NCBI GenBank assembly: GCA_965112735.1
Contig: OZ218958.1
Coordinates: forward strand, 2,914,001 to 2,978,000
Length of the DNA: 64,000 bases
DNA from: Phaeosaccion multiseriatum
Taxonomy: Eukaryota; Protista; Ochrophyta, other classes
Direction of reading: 5' to 3'
Of the stretch, positions 22,918-35,973 are shown in pieces. The notes below the pieces were generated by a model that saw nothing but the letters and a program-made list of their open reading frames with translations, ran no database searches and had not been told where the DNA came from. Each line of letters begins with the position of its first letter. Within the stretch, counting starts at the first letter, position 1. The position numbers were made by a program, and so were the translations under genes.

Positions 22918-25900
22918 TCAGCGCGAGAACCACTTCCCGAGCTCGGCCCAGGGTCCTCTTCCTCCTCCACCACCACCCCCAACTGTCGCTGCTGCTGTTG
23001 CTCCTCCCCCTCCTTCTCCCCCTCCTCCTCCCCCGACTGCCACTGCTCCTCCTCCTCCTCCTCCTCCTCCTCCTGCCCCTGCCACTGCTGCTGCTCCTCC
23101 ATCTCCTCCATCACCCCCCCCATGACCGCTGTCGCTATCGCTGTCCTGATGCCCGACACTGAGCACGACCTTCTCCTCCTTCCCCTCCTCCTCCGCACTG
23201 GAGGTGTGGTGTGGCGCGATGCGAGCCACCTCGAAGCTGTCGGCGGTTACCTATCGAGACCAGCGAGGTATTGAGGCATTGGGTCAGTCATATGTGTGTG
23301 AAACTCTTCTTTGCGATAAGGAACTAGTACGTTAACTCCGGGGATTATGAGCCGATCAACAAACGCGTGCGCGTACGCACACACATGGCCATCAGTCAGT
23401 CAGCCATTGAGTCATTGAGTCAGTACATACACAGAGAGGGAGCGCTAGAGTCAGAGAGAGCGACACATACACGCACAGTAAAAACGCCATCCTCCTGACC
23501 TTTAGCTTGGTGGTGTGGTAGTCCATGAGAGAGGGCCTGTGACCCACGCTGACAATGGACAGGTCGGGCAGGTCCTTGGCAAGCAGCTCGAACATGCGCT
23601 GCTCGTTGCTGAGGTCCAGAGCAGACGTGGCCTCGTCAAGCACTGCCAGCTTGGGCTTGTTGAACAACAGCCGAGCGAACGCCTAAGCGAGTAAACATTG
23701 AGAGATAGGATAGGAAAAATGGGTGTTAAAGCCGGCGCAAACGAACGAAGCCTCACTCTCCAGCCTCGCTCTCTCGCTCTCTCTCTCTCTCTCTCCATCC
23801 CTCCCGTCTCCCTCTCACTCACCAGCCGCTGCTGCTCTCCGAGGGACAGCACATCAGACCAGCTCCTCTCGGACTGCAGCCCCTTGTAAGGATCTCCCTC
23901 GCCCATCAGCACGGCAAGGTTGCCCAAGTCAACGGCTCGCAGCAGCCCCAACACCTCTTCATCTTCGCCCCTCACGGACGTCGCCAGCGGTGAATCGGAG
24001 GCCGGCAGATGACCACTTTTGCCACTTGCTGATGCTGTTGAGGGCGTTCCACTTTCCCCCTCCTCTTCCTCTCCTGAGCAGGCAGCAAGAGGGATGAAAG
24101 GGAGGGGGGTGGTGGGAGTGAGGTGATTGCGTGCTGAGGGGCAGGAGGGGAAGGAGGGACGGACCAACGGACGGAGGGAGGGAGGGAGGGGAGAAGGGAG
24201 GGACGGAGGGAGGGAGGGGAGGGAGGGAGGGAAGGAGGGAGGGAGGAAAGGAGGGGGAGGAGGGAAGGGAGGGAGGGAGGGAAGGGGAAGGGAAGGGAGG
24301 GAGGGAGGGAAGGAAGGAGGTGATGCCTACCTTGGACGAAAGGGTACGTGATTTGGTCCCTTAGCTTGCCAAGTGTGCAATACGGCTTCTGAGGCAGGAA
24401 GAAGACGTCTTCTAAGGGGGGACGGCTGATGTGCCCAGACCCTGTAGGTAGGTGGGTGTTTAGGGGAGGGAGAGAGAGAGAGAGGGAGGGAGGAAAGGAG
24501 GGAGGGAGGAGGGAGGGAGGGAGGGAGGGAGGGAGGGAGGGAGGAAGGGAGGGAGGGAGGAAGGAAGGGAGCCGGGGCATGGTCAGGGCACACACCCGTC
24601 AGTTGGATGAGCATCGTGTGTACGTCCCCATGCCCACACCATGGAATAGACGAGAGGGACATACACACATATCACCTACACGTACACACCCTCTTTCCTT
24701 ACACCCACTCACCCACTCACCCACCCACCCACCCACCCACACCCTCACCCACCCACTTATCCATTGTCATCCCGCCCACCCACCCACCTGCACTCCACAG
24801 CCCCGCGAGTGCCCTGAGCAGGCTGCTCTTGCCGGTGCCCGATTCCCCTACAATGAGGAGCTTGTCGCCCCTGGGCAGGGTGAGAGACACGTCCCTAACC
24901 AGCACTCTCTCCCCGTCCGGAGTGGTGACTGTGAGCCCCTCGAGCTCCAAGATGTTGGGGTTGATGTTGGTAGTATGGGCGCCGGTGTGGGTATCTGTGA
25001 GGGTGTCGGTGCTACCCTCTGCTCGTAGTACGTCCATCGAGATACCCGCGAACGGAACCCCTGCTACAACAACTGCTGCTGCACCGGCTGCGATACCCCC
25101 TGCTGCTGTGGAGTGCCCGATGTCGACCTCCTTCCTCTCTGTGGTGAAGGCCGTCTCCTGCAGGGTCAGCAGCCCCGTCGGTCTCTCCCTCTTCTCCTCG
25201 CCTGGTGCCGCTGCTGCTGCGGCTGCTGTATCACCAACTGCTGTGGCGACCCCCTCCTCCCCCATCACTTCCTCCTTCCCCTCCTCCTCTTCGGCCTTTT
25301 GCATCCGGGCCAGAAACTCCCCCAATCGCTCCACACCAGCCGAAAACTGACTTAGTCCCTCAAATTGGTTTACGATGAGACTTAAGTCCCCAAGGATATG
25401 GTTGAAGGCCCCGTAGGATTGACTCACCACGCCGAGCTCGATGGCACCCTTAAAGTAAAGGGGCGCCACCACAAAGCCCGGTAGCACCTGCGCAGTAGGA
25501 GGGAGGGAGACAGAGGGAAAGAGAGGGAAACAGAGACAGAGAGAGAGGGAGAAAGGTCACATCGTGAGACAGAGAGAGATCACATGTTTGATTCAGGCTG
25601 GAAACAAATTGATCGTGCCCATGTGGGAAGGAAGGAAGGAAGGAAGGACGAGTCAAAGGTAGACATAACACATGAGGGGTGAAACACAAACCAGTGCTAT
25701 ACACGCACGCACATACCTGGATGAGATATCGATAGCCGGTGGTGAAGAACTCGAGATTCCGCTGCGTCATGATAACCTCCCCAGCGTTGTCCAGCACCTT
25801 CTGTAACCGCCGCTTCATCTCCCTCAGCTCCAACTGCTCCCCTCTGTAGAAGGCAATGGACTCGGCATTCTCCCTCACCCGAACAAGACTGTAACGGAAA

Positions 25901-26578
25901 TCGGCCTCCCTGGTCAGCTGCTCAAAATTCAGCCCCACCAATTGCTTCCCCAAGGCGACGGTCACAGCCGTACCAAACGAGGCATAGGCGATGATGGCGG
26001 CGAATAGTTGGGGGTAGATCTTGTATAGGATGGAGGAGAAGGAGACGAGGTCGATGCAGGAAGTCAGGATAGTGATGAGAAACTGCAGACTGACGGCGGT
26101 GAAGGCCTTGACGTCTTCGGCGATGCGCTGGTCTGGGTTGTCAATCTCTCGGTCCGCCTCCAAAGCATAGTAGGCCTGACCGGCGCAGTAAATGTCCATG
26201 ACGCGAGTGGTCATCCACGCTCGCCAAGCCAGGGACAGCTTCTCTCGCTGATAACGGTAGTAGACAGAAACGGGGACCCCGGCCACGAGACAGCCCATGA
26301 AGCGCTGCAGCATGACGTTGAACTGCTCCGGGTCCTTCTGACTGAGAGCCGTCCAGAAGTCCCGCCCCACATAGGAGAAGGCCACGGATACCCCACTGTT
26401 GAGGAGGGTGAGGGCGATGACTCCTGCCAGCAGCCAACGGGCCGACTCCTCCTCCTGAAAGAAGGGTTTGGCCATGTCTTGGAAGAGGGACAGTTGCTCC
26501 TTCACGTTGGATGCCTTGCGCTTGAACGGGAGCTCTTCTTCCTCCTCCTCCCCCTCCTGCTGCTCTCCTGCCCCGCCT

Positions 26579-26611
<33 letters not shown>

Positions 26612-27114
26612 ATGGTGGTTGTTGAGCTGGTCTGCTCTCCCTCCCCGGCCTCCCCTTCTCCCATGGCAGAAAGGACGGTGCGTCTGTGTGCGCTCGTGTC
26701 GAAGAAGAAGGAAGGAGCAGAGAGACTTGCTCCCTCCACATCGTCTGCCCCAGCACCTGCTGCTGCACCTCCCTGCTGCTGGTGTCCAGCGCTGGGAAAG
26801 AGGCCCAGGGCAGACACTCGGGAACGAGTACCCTCGCATCTTCCTGCAAGGGTTGTGGTGGTGGTGGTGGTGGTGGTGCTACTCCTACTACTTCGTATCG
26901 CCTCTACCCCCGAGGTTTCACGCAGGCCAAGCGAAGTGGGCTTATCTATCGCTCCTGGTCCTCTGGATGAGACTGGCAAGGCGACGAAGGCCCCTGTCCT
27001 CGCCTGACAAGTGAAGGCGTTGGCCGCCGTCAGAAGAGAGTGAGACATCATCACAGACACCAGCGCTGCTCCGACGTAGTGCGAGGATCGTACACATGTC
27101 GTGGATGTCTTCAT
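22918..27114 (-). CDS. ABC transporter subfamily D half-transporter, probably plastid-targeted (6 exons: ~27114-25717, 25487-24788, ~24441-24331, ~24073-23823, 23682-23500, 23250-22918)
   Basis: IDNPDQRIAEDV, EADFRYSLVRVRENAESIAFYRGE (EAA motif), Walker A GESGTGKSS, FFLPQKPY, LSLGEQQRLAFARLL, LDEATSALD and SVGHRPSL. The N-terminus has a signal peptide ending ANA-F, typical of ochrophyte bipartite plastid presequences. Confidence 0.93.
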
Positions 27115-27623
27115 GCGGCCACGCGGTCTTCTTTCTAATTAATGCTGATCTTCTTTCTCCCCTCTCCCCTTCTTTTTCTCTTCGCTCTCAGCTACTAAGG
27201 GGCGCATAGCAGGCCTAGCATCCTGTCATCCATCAATGTAGGCCTTGTCTCTCCTCTCCTTGTGCCCTGGCCTTCTTCCCTTTCGTATCGCGCGCTGGTT
27301 GCCGGAGCGTGGCTGAATGAAAACAACTCGTGACTCAGGAGGCTGGAGGACCAACTGGCGAGCTTGAGGGGTGGCGAAAAACAAAAACAGCACAGAGGAG
27401 GGCAGCAGAGCGAAAGCGATAGCTGATTGAAGGAGGATAGGGTTCAATCCTCCCCGGCAGCCAAGACTGGCGCGTTTGCGAGGCTGAGGAGAGCTTTGCA
27501 TGGCATGTGAGCCCGTGGGGGAATACCTTTTATGGGATTTGACGATTTGACAGAACTGCTGCTTGCACAGGCCTTGCACCACAACAGAGTAACAGGCCAG
27601 GAACTTGGAAGAAAGGACTCGCG

Positions 27624-28681
27624 ATGCTTTTCTTCAGGGTGTTGTTCGTGCTGTCCTTGCTGCTCACAGTAGCCATCACAGACGGGCTCAAGGGCAGAAG
27701 TGGATTCGTCGTTCCGGCCACTTCCGCCATTGAGAGCTGCAGCAGCAGCAGCAGCAGCAGCAGTTGCATGAGCAGGAGGAGAACGGATGGGAGCCAAAAC
27801 CATCCTCGCGACTGGGAAGAGATGGGTCTAAGGGGCAGCAGCAGGATTAGGAGGAGGGCGCCATCGGGAGGATCAAGGACAAGGCTGATGCAGTTGCATC
27901 AGTATCGCACACGCTCCCCTCCCGGCGGTCCCCCCCCCCCGCCTATGGTGGACGACCGTCCCGACAGCCCTACCCCCGAACTACGAATACTGAAAGACAT
28001 GGAGAGAGTGGCCGTACTGGAAGGCTGGCTGCCTGGCGTGGACGTGGGCAATAAGATGGGGGTGGAGAGGCAGCGAGTGATGATGGACATGGTGAAGTGG
28101 AGGGAGGGCACAGGTGGGGCGAGGAGGCGGCGGCTGTCGGTGGGCGCGTGTAGAGGGAGCAAGGTCGATGCCATTGCCTGTGTGGAGGTTGGGCCTGACA
28201 ATCGCGGCTTTGGATCCTTTCTGCGCATGGACAAGGTGAGGTGGAGGAGGAGGAGGAGGAGGAGGAAGGAAGTGTAGATCCGCGAGGAGAACAAGAACAA
28301 AAGCAGGAAGGAAGGAAGGAATGAATGAAGGAAGAATGAAGGTAACTCCATTGAACAGGGAGTTAGCCTTTCTACTGCTTCTCTTCTCTCTAGCTCACGC
28401 TCTCAATCCCTCTCAATCCCTCCCCGTCCCCCCACCACTCCCCTCCCTCTTGTCTCTTCCTCCCGCTGTACTCGACCATCCTCTTCTTTCCTGTCCTTTA
28501 CCTTCAGGTCATGACCGTGTCCCTCATCTGCGTGGCCCCCACCTCTGCCCATATGACTGTGGGCGCCTTCCTGATACAGCAACTCCGGTACCTCTCCACG
28601 GAGTGGGAGGTCTCGTTCGACATATCCCCCTTAAAGAAAACCGCAGAGGGGCGCTATTACCTCAAGTCCTTTGGCAAATAA
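27624..28681 (+). CDS. Hypothetical protein with signal/bipartite targeting peptide (exons 27624-28235, 28508-28681); possible degenerate GNAT-like C-terminus
   Basis: MLFFRVLFVLSLLLTVAITDG..GFVVPA plus a Ser/Arg-rich transit-like region. A phase-0 GT-AG intron gives a continuous ORF to TAA at 28679-28681. Confidence 0.6.
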
Positions 28682-29199
28682 CCCGCTTGGCCCCACACCT
28701 TTGGGGGTATGGATATCCGGAGGAGTGAGTCCTTCTCCTGTGGGTACAACCCTCTCTCACGCAGGAGGAGGAGGAGGAGGAGGAGGAGGAGGTGGTGCCA
28801 TATGAGCACGCTCATTCGTTTTATTTTTTTAATTTAGATAAGACAAGAGTGTTCTGTAGAAGGACAGAAACACGAACATCACGACTCTTTGTTGCCTTCA
28901 CTAAGCAATGTCCATGTCCGGACTAGACGGAGCCAAAGGCACCTCCGGGCATTCCTGTAAAAGACACTCCAAACCTTTGGCTAAGAGCCCTACGGACGTC
29001 TCAGCCATGCCATTTGTGCCGCTCCTTCGTGCCTACACCCGTGTAACGCTACACACACATATGAGCATATCTGAGTAAGGTCCTGAGCCATGGGTGGTAG
29101 TCGGTTATCGGCAAGTCGAGCGACACGGTAGAGTGCCAAGGCCGTCTATGGCTCGACTTACAACACGTCCAGTGCATGCAGCACTTGCTTAGTATTCGC

Positions 29200-29688
29200 T
29201 TAGCCGCTATGCCCCCCTTCCATGCTGCGAACGAGCACGCCGAGCTCTCGCTGCAGGCGGGCGTTGAAGGCGTTAGCGGTGGCCTCTGCTGCCACCGATG
29301 CTGCCACGTCCATCTCGCTGCGATGCTTGCCCTCCAGATCCTTGAGCGTCAGGAAAAGCTGTTCAATCTCGGCCTTGTTGGCGGCGCACTCTACTTGCAG
29401 ACGGTCAACGGAATCTAGAAGCTGTCGTTCACGTCGTTGAAGCTCGTCCTTCTCAGCCTCGAAGTCCCTTCGCAGCCGCTCTTCCTCGGCCCGAGAAGCG
29501 GCAATCACACCTCTCAGACGTTCATTCTCATTCTGGGCCTGGAAAATTATCCTCGCCTGGCCCTCGATGGATTGCCGGAGGAAACGCTCATGGAATTGGT
29601 TGGTCGCCCTCTCTGATTGGAGCGAAAGTACCGGATCCTCCGCGACGCTGAGGTTGGCCTGAGCGAGCGTGCTGGTCGTCAGAGACAT
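29200..29688 (-). CDS. Hypothetical coiled-coil protein
   Basis: Open frame with a heptad-like, E/R/Q/L-rich sequence (ENERLRGVIAASRAEEERLRRDFEAEKDELQRRERQLL). It is divergent to cystinosin. Confidence 0.5.
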   Translation of the reverse strand: MSLTTSTLAQANLSVAEDPVLSLQSERATNQFHERFLRQSIEGQARIIFQAQNENERLRGVIAASRAEEERLRRDFEAEKDELQRRERQLLDSVDRLQVECAANKAEIEQLFLTLKDLEGKHRSEMDVAASVAAEATANAFNARLQRELGVLVRSMEGGHSG

Positions 29689-30046
29689 GACCACTGTGCT
29701 CACGGAGGGTGATTGTCTTGCTGTGCGATAAATCAGTTGTCTTTATTTTTTGGATGAAGAGGTCTGAGCTCTGCGCTAAACCTAACGCCTTGTTTTCTTT
29801 CTTACTCCACTCTTTGAGGGGTGGGTGAAGGGAAGAGTGATACCCTCCCTCTCCCACCTTCTCAACCCTCCTGTGCCTACATATGATAGAGGACAAAGCC
29901 TAAAAGGACGAAAAGAAGAGGAAAGAGAAAAAAAAAGATGGCGTGTTGGTTCTCCTGACTTCACAGGTTGGCAATTTCTCGTTCCCGGTTCCGAACTTCG
30001 ATATGGAACTTCCGCGGTCCTGCCCACCCTTCACCGCTTTGTATAC

Positions 30047-32116
30047 ATGTCTGGAGTCAATACTCCGAGCAGAAGCGAAGATTTACTACGCCCTCTGCTA
30101 CAACCCCCCGGAGAACCGAGCGGGAGCATCAATCGGGGTGAGGAGAGAGGAGAAGAAGCAGGAGACTTTGCCCCCGCCTTCGTGACGAGACGTCGTAGAT
30201 GGAGGTGGTGGAGGCCGAATAGTAAAGGCTGCTTTCGGGAGACCATGACGGCGGGGGCTTGGGCAGGGGACCTTCGACGGGCAGTGATCTTGCTGGGGAG
30301 CTTGGCAGCAGTGGGTATCGTCCTGGCCCTCGCCATCCCCCCCTCCTCGCAGCTCAACGGCCCCTGGAAATTTATATCGGGTAAGTGAGTGTCTGTCAAA
30401 GGAGGGGAGGGAGAGACAGCTTGACTGTAGCGCGCCACAGTGCTCTCTGATGGTCGTGAGGACGGAGGTGGGGTGGGTTTATTTATTGACTTGATTGGAA
30501 GGAGGTGGGTGGGTTGGTCTGGGGCTTGGTTTGTTGGACCTGTGGGGGGCTGCTTGCAAGGTTGACCGGCAAGAGGTACAGTATTACTGCGTAGACTGGC
30601 TTCTTACTTTGCTCTCCTACGGTCGTAACTTATTAAACGTGGTAACTTGGAGCGTCACACATCCGAGGAGGCTACTTCCCTATGTTGGCTACGACCCCTG
30701 ATTGCGCTATATCCACCCCTCGTATCCTTCCTTCCACCCCCCCCCCGCCAACCCCTCCCTTTTCCACTGTGAGGTGTCATTGGGTACACGTACTTCTGTG
30801 CCTGGAGCGTTTCGTTCTGGCCGCAGATTTGGGCCAACTTCAGAACCAAAAATGTGTCCGGCCTTTCCAATGGTGAGCGGGGGTGAAGGGAAGTGAAGCA
30901 AAGTCAGCCTGTCCCATGGGGAGTGAAGTGAGCACTGACTGCAACACGAGAGAAGAGAAGAGGTACAGCGAAGAGCGTACATTACAAGGGAGGGTACAAG
31001 CCTTGGTGGGGGGGGGGGATGGACGGATCAAAGACCCCCTTCACTGCTCTCCATCTCCTTCCACGCTCTCCATCTGATTTGTTTGTTGACTTGCTGACCT
31101 CTTGACCTGCCCCTTTCTCTCTTGTCCTGTGTGCCTGCCTCAGACTTCCAAGTGCTGAACTTGCTGGGCTTCTCCTTCTACGCGGCCTTCACGTGCGCCT
31201 TCTTCTTCTCCAAGGACATCAACACCGCCTATACAAAGAGGCACCACGGGCAAACCAACAAGGTGCAGCTCAACGGTGAGTCAGAGAGAGCGAGAGGGAG
31301 GGAGGGAGGGGGGCGGAGGGAGAGGGGAGGGGAGGGTGACGGAGAGGGGGGGGGGAGAGGGAGGGAGGGAGGGAGGGAGGGAGAGGGAGGGAGGGAGGGA
31401 GGGAGAGGGAGGGAGGGAGGGAGGAGGGAGAGGGAGAGAGGGTCGTCACGCGCAGGTGAACTCAAGTGTGAGTCGAGTGAGGCTCGCACTCACGCACGCA
31501 CTCACGCACGCACGTAGGTGCCCATGATCCGCAGTCATACAGCGTCATCCTCAGCTCCTTCCTTCAGCCAATAGAGACGAGCCTTGAAGAAGACAACCTC
31601 CTCAAAGCCAAAGAAAGCCGAAATATGCATCATTCCTTCCCCCTCCCTGCCATGTTGCATGTTGCCGCCCTTGACCCATACATGTCCTGCCCGCTGCTGC
31701 TGCTGCTGCTGCTGCTTCTGTCTGCGCCTGTCTTCCATTTCCCTTTTACTCCTCCTCTTCTTCTCCTCCTCCTCCTCCTCCTCCTCCTCCTCCTCCTCCT
31801 CCTCCTCCTCCTCCTCCTCCTCCTCCTCCTCCTCCTCCTCCTCCTCCTCCTCCTCCTCCTCCTCCTCCTCCTCCTCCTCCTCCTCCTCCTCCTCCTCCTC
31901 CTCCTCCTCCTCCTCCTCCTCCTCCTCCTCCTCCTCCTCCTCCTCCTCCTCCTCCTCCTCCTCCTCCTCCTCCTCCTCCTCCTCCTCCTCCTCCTCCTCC
32001 TCCTCCTCCTCCTCCTCCTCCTCCTCCTCCTCCTCCTCCTCCTCCTCCTCCTCCTCCTCCTCCTCCTCCTCCTCCTCCTCCTCCTCCTCCTCCTCCTCCT
32101 CCTCCTCCTCCTCCTC

Positions 32117-32151
<35 letters not shown>

Positions 32152-33750
32152 CTCCTCCTCCTCCTCCTCCTCCTCCTCCTCCTCCTCCTCCTCCTCCTCC
32201 TCCTCCTCCAGACGTGCTGTTCGCCTGCCACGCTGTTCTGGCGACGCTGCTGACGAATGCCCAACTGTTGTGGTATAGAAGGCCCAACGGCAGGGCCCAC
32301 CAAGGGCGACTTAGTCCCAAAAGAGCGGTGAGTGAGTGAGTGGGTGAGTGAGTGGGTGAGTGAGTGAGTGAGTGAGTGGGTGAGTGGATGAAGGAGTGGG
32401 TGAGTGAGTGAGTGAGTGAAGGAGTGGGTGAGTGAGTGAGTGAGTGAGTGGGTGAGTGAGTGAGTGAGTGGGTGAGTGAGTGAGTGAGTGAGTGAGTGGG
32501 TGAGTGAAGGAGTGGGTGAGTGAGTGAGTGAGTGAGTGAGTGTGTGAGTGAGTAACTGAACTGAGTGAGTGAGTGAGTGAATGAATGAATGAGGGAGTGA
32601 GGGACTGGTTGAGTGAAATGTTCCTTGGTATCTTGGTGTGTAGACCTCAGAGCGTGCATCTCACCAAGTACTACTCTCGTCCTGACACTTCTTACTCTGG
32701 CCTGTCTTGGACTCCCATATCCTCGTCCACAACTTTCCTCTCTCCCTCTCCTCCTCTCTTTCTCTCTCTGTCTCTCCCTCCCTCCCTCCCTCCCTCCCGC
32801 CCTCCCTCCCTTCCTCTCCCTCTCCTTCTCCAATGCACGCAAGCAGCAGCAGCAGCGCTTTCTCTCCCCCTTGGCCAAGGGTGCCCTGCTGGCCATGATC
32901 GCGTCTGTCATAGGGTATGCAGCTGCAGTGGCCATCGCCCACCGGGCGGGACACTCCTCCTCCTCGTCCTCCTCCTCTTCCTCCCCCCCCTTCACATGGC
33001 TGGATTGGTTGTACTTTCTGTCCTACCTCAAGCTCGGCATTTCCATCGTCAAGGTTAGGATGAGTCTTGGGGAGAGTGGAGTGGGAGGAGGGGCAGAGAG
33101 ACGGAGGGAGGGAGAGTAAGCGTAGGACATGTTGACAGGGCCATACGAGAGATAGGTAGATAGAGGAGGGGGAGAGAAGGAGAAGCTGTATATCGAGAGG
33201 AGGAGAGAGAAAGAGAAAGAGGAAGGGAGGGAGGCAGGAAGGGAGGGAGGCAGGAAGGGAGGGAGGACGGGAGGGAGGGAGGACGGGAGGGACATGAGAG
33301 CTTGGGGAGAAGTGGGGAAAACAGATGTGAGTCAGTGAACTTGGCTTCAGTCATCTCTACTCAAATGGTTGAATGAGTCTACGCTTCATAAGCCAACTCG
33401 AAAGATTGAATGGGTGTGTACGTGTGGCAGTGAGGCTGTTTACGTAGCTCCAAAGCCCTTGAGAACCCACTTCCTTCTTGGCTGCTGTGGCAATACCTCA
33501 TCCCCTGTCCCATCCCCTCCCTCCCTCCCTCCCTCCCTCCCTCCCTCCCTCTCTCCCCTCCACTCTTCTCCCTGCTCTGCTCAGTACATCCCGCAAGTCC
33601 GTCTAAACATTGCGAGACGGAGCACAGGTGAGTGAGTGAGTGAGTGAGTGAGTGAGTGATTTTTCCATCCCCACAATACACCATCAGGGGGGTCGGGTCA
33701 TTTGTGTCTCTCTGTGCCTCGTGGACGATGTTGTTGCTGTTATTATTATT

Positions 33751-33819
<69 letters not shown>

Positions 33820-34498
33820 GCTGTTGTTGTTGTGCATTCTAACAGAGTGTGTTCCTCTCTCTTGTCCCCCCCCCCCCCTGTCCGCCTCTGGTGTGTGTGT
33901 GTGTGGTATGTATCCATTGCCTTCCGCTCTGCCCTGCTCTGCACTGTATCACCAACTGCTCTGCACTGTTCTGGTCTGCTGTAGTGGGGTGGAGCATTTG
34001 GAACATCATTCTGGACCTTGCTGGTGGCTCATTGTCCGTCGCTCAGGTGAGTAGGTGCGTGAATGGGTGCGTGAGCGGGTGGGTGGGTACGTGCTAGCGT
34101 GCGTGGGTGCGTGAGTCCGTGTGTGGGTGCGTGTGTGCGTGGGTGGGTGGGTGTATGCCCTTTGGGTGGGTGGGTGGGTAACAGGTGTCAGGATTGTATG
34201 ACTTTGTGCAGCGCTTGATTTGCCAATCAATTCGATGCTGCTCTGTATCACCAACTGCTGTACTCTACTTTGCTCTGCTCTGTACTACCAATTACTCTGT
34301 CCGCAGTTAGTTGGAGACTGTATAAACACCAATGACTGGAGCGGCATTGCTGGATACGTAAGTGTGCGCTTTGTGTCTCTTGAGTTTGCGCTTTGCATCT
34401 TGCTACATCGCTGCGCCTCATTCAGTCCTGGTCCCTCCTCCTCTCTCTCCCTCCCTCTCTCTCTCTCTCTCTCCCTCCCTCCCTCCCTCTCTCCCTCC

Positions 34499-34547
<49 letters not shown>

Positions 34548-34931
34548 TTTCTCTCTCCCTCTTCCTCTCTCTCCCCCCCTCTCTCCCCCCCACTCTCTCT
34601 TTCTCTCTCTCCTCTCCCTCCTCTTGCCCCTTTTAACATTTTTCTCTCGCTCTCGCTCTGTGTACACATTTGGCCGCGCCGTGCCCCTCCCCATCCACTG
34701 CCATCCCCCCTCATCAGCCTGCGAAGTTCGGTCTGGGCTTTGTGTCCATCGGCTTCGACCTCATCTTCATGGCGCAGGTGAGCAGTAAGTCCCAGGGGGG
34801 GGGCTAGCTTTATTGTTTCAGTTTCAGCTTCAGAGTGTGAGCTTTAGCCTTGTGGCCTGGATCGCATGCCTCGTCCCTCGCCCCCCTTACACCCCACCCC
34901 ACCCCACCCCAACCTAACCCCCCATCCTTCC

Positions 34932-34965
<34 letters not shown>

Positions 34966-34989
34966 CACGCGCGTACACACACACACACA

Positions 34990-35032
<43 letters not shown>

Positions 35033-35416
35033 GAGTACGTGATAGTTTGGTTGATCCCCGTAAGTCAAGTGTATTTTCCCCATCCTTCCCCACCCCACCT
35101 CACCCCACCCCACCCCACCCCACCACAGCACTACCTCGTCTACCCGGCGGCTCCTCCGGCGTGTCAGCAGCAAGAGACGTTTGCTCAGCAATATGCTCAG
35201 CAATATGCTCAGCAACATGCGGCAGGAGCGGGGGCATCTCTCCTGCCGACAGGGGCAGCAGAAGGAGGGGGAGGAGGAGGAGGAGGAGGAGGAGGAGGAG
35301 GAGGAGGAGGAGGGGGAGGGGGAGGGAGGGATCAGGACGGAGGCAGATCGGGCTACTCCGCTGTACCCAACTCTGCCCCCACCGCGTCTCCGCCCCTCAG
35401 GGACGATGCCGCTTAG
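30047..35416 (+). CDS. CTNS: Cystinosin-like PQ-loop lysosomal/vacuolar cystine transporter (about 10 exons)
   Basis: [116 protein letters not shown]. The N-terminus has a dileucine-like signal (EDLLRPLL). Confidence 0.92.
31763..32208. repeat. ~445-bp (CCT)n array forming the 3' end of a cystinosin intron
   Basis: Direct reading; it ends at the CAG acceptor before DVLFACHA. Confidence 0.95.
32327..32590. repeat. (GTGA)n array beginning exactly at an intron donor
   Basis: Direct reading. Confidence 0.9.
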
Positions 35417-35973
35417 CTCATGCGATAGGGTGGCGGTGCGTGGCAGTGGATGGATGGCAGTGGAGGAATGACTGCCCTCCTCAAGACTATAAACTTAAGA
35501 AGGCCAAATAATTGAGAGATTGCTTAATTATAATTCTTCTAATATAATATGTAAGTACGGCATGTTCCACATTCAAGTCAAGATGCATCACTGCAACTCC
35601 TGTGTATCACCAAGCAGTAAGCACTGGCGCAGGACAAGGCTTGACTCTTGATGAAGAAGGGGGAGGGAGGGGCGCTGGCGTCCCGAGTGAAGAATGCCCC
35701 CCTCCCCCACCCCCCTCCCCTCCTCAACACACACAAACACACCCTGCAGCTCAGCAAACACGACAACAAACTAGATGCTCTCGCTAATAAGGGAGAAAGT
35801 GCCTCCTCACGAAATAGTGTGTGTCGCGTGAAGAGGGAAGAAGAGAAAGAAGGACGAAGCAGAGAGCAGAACAACTAAACCAAGTGCAGCCGCCAGTACG
35901 TACGTAAGTACGTACGTGATAAAACCCAACCCCGATTATAAAAACAATGGTGAAGAATTGAGAGCGGTCTTTC

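Noticed and set aside
31535-32995. Poly-E/poly-S/poly-L/poly-G ORFs
   Set aside because: Artefacts of the (CCT)n array inside a cystinosin intron.
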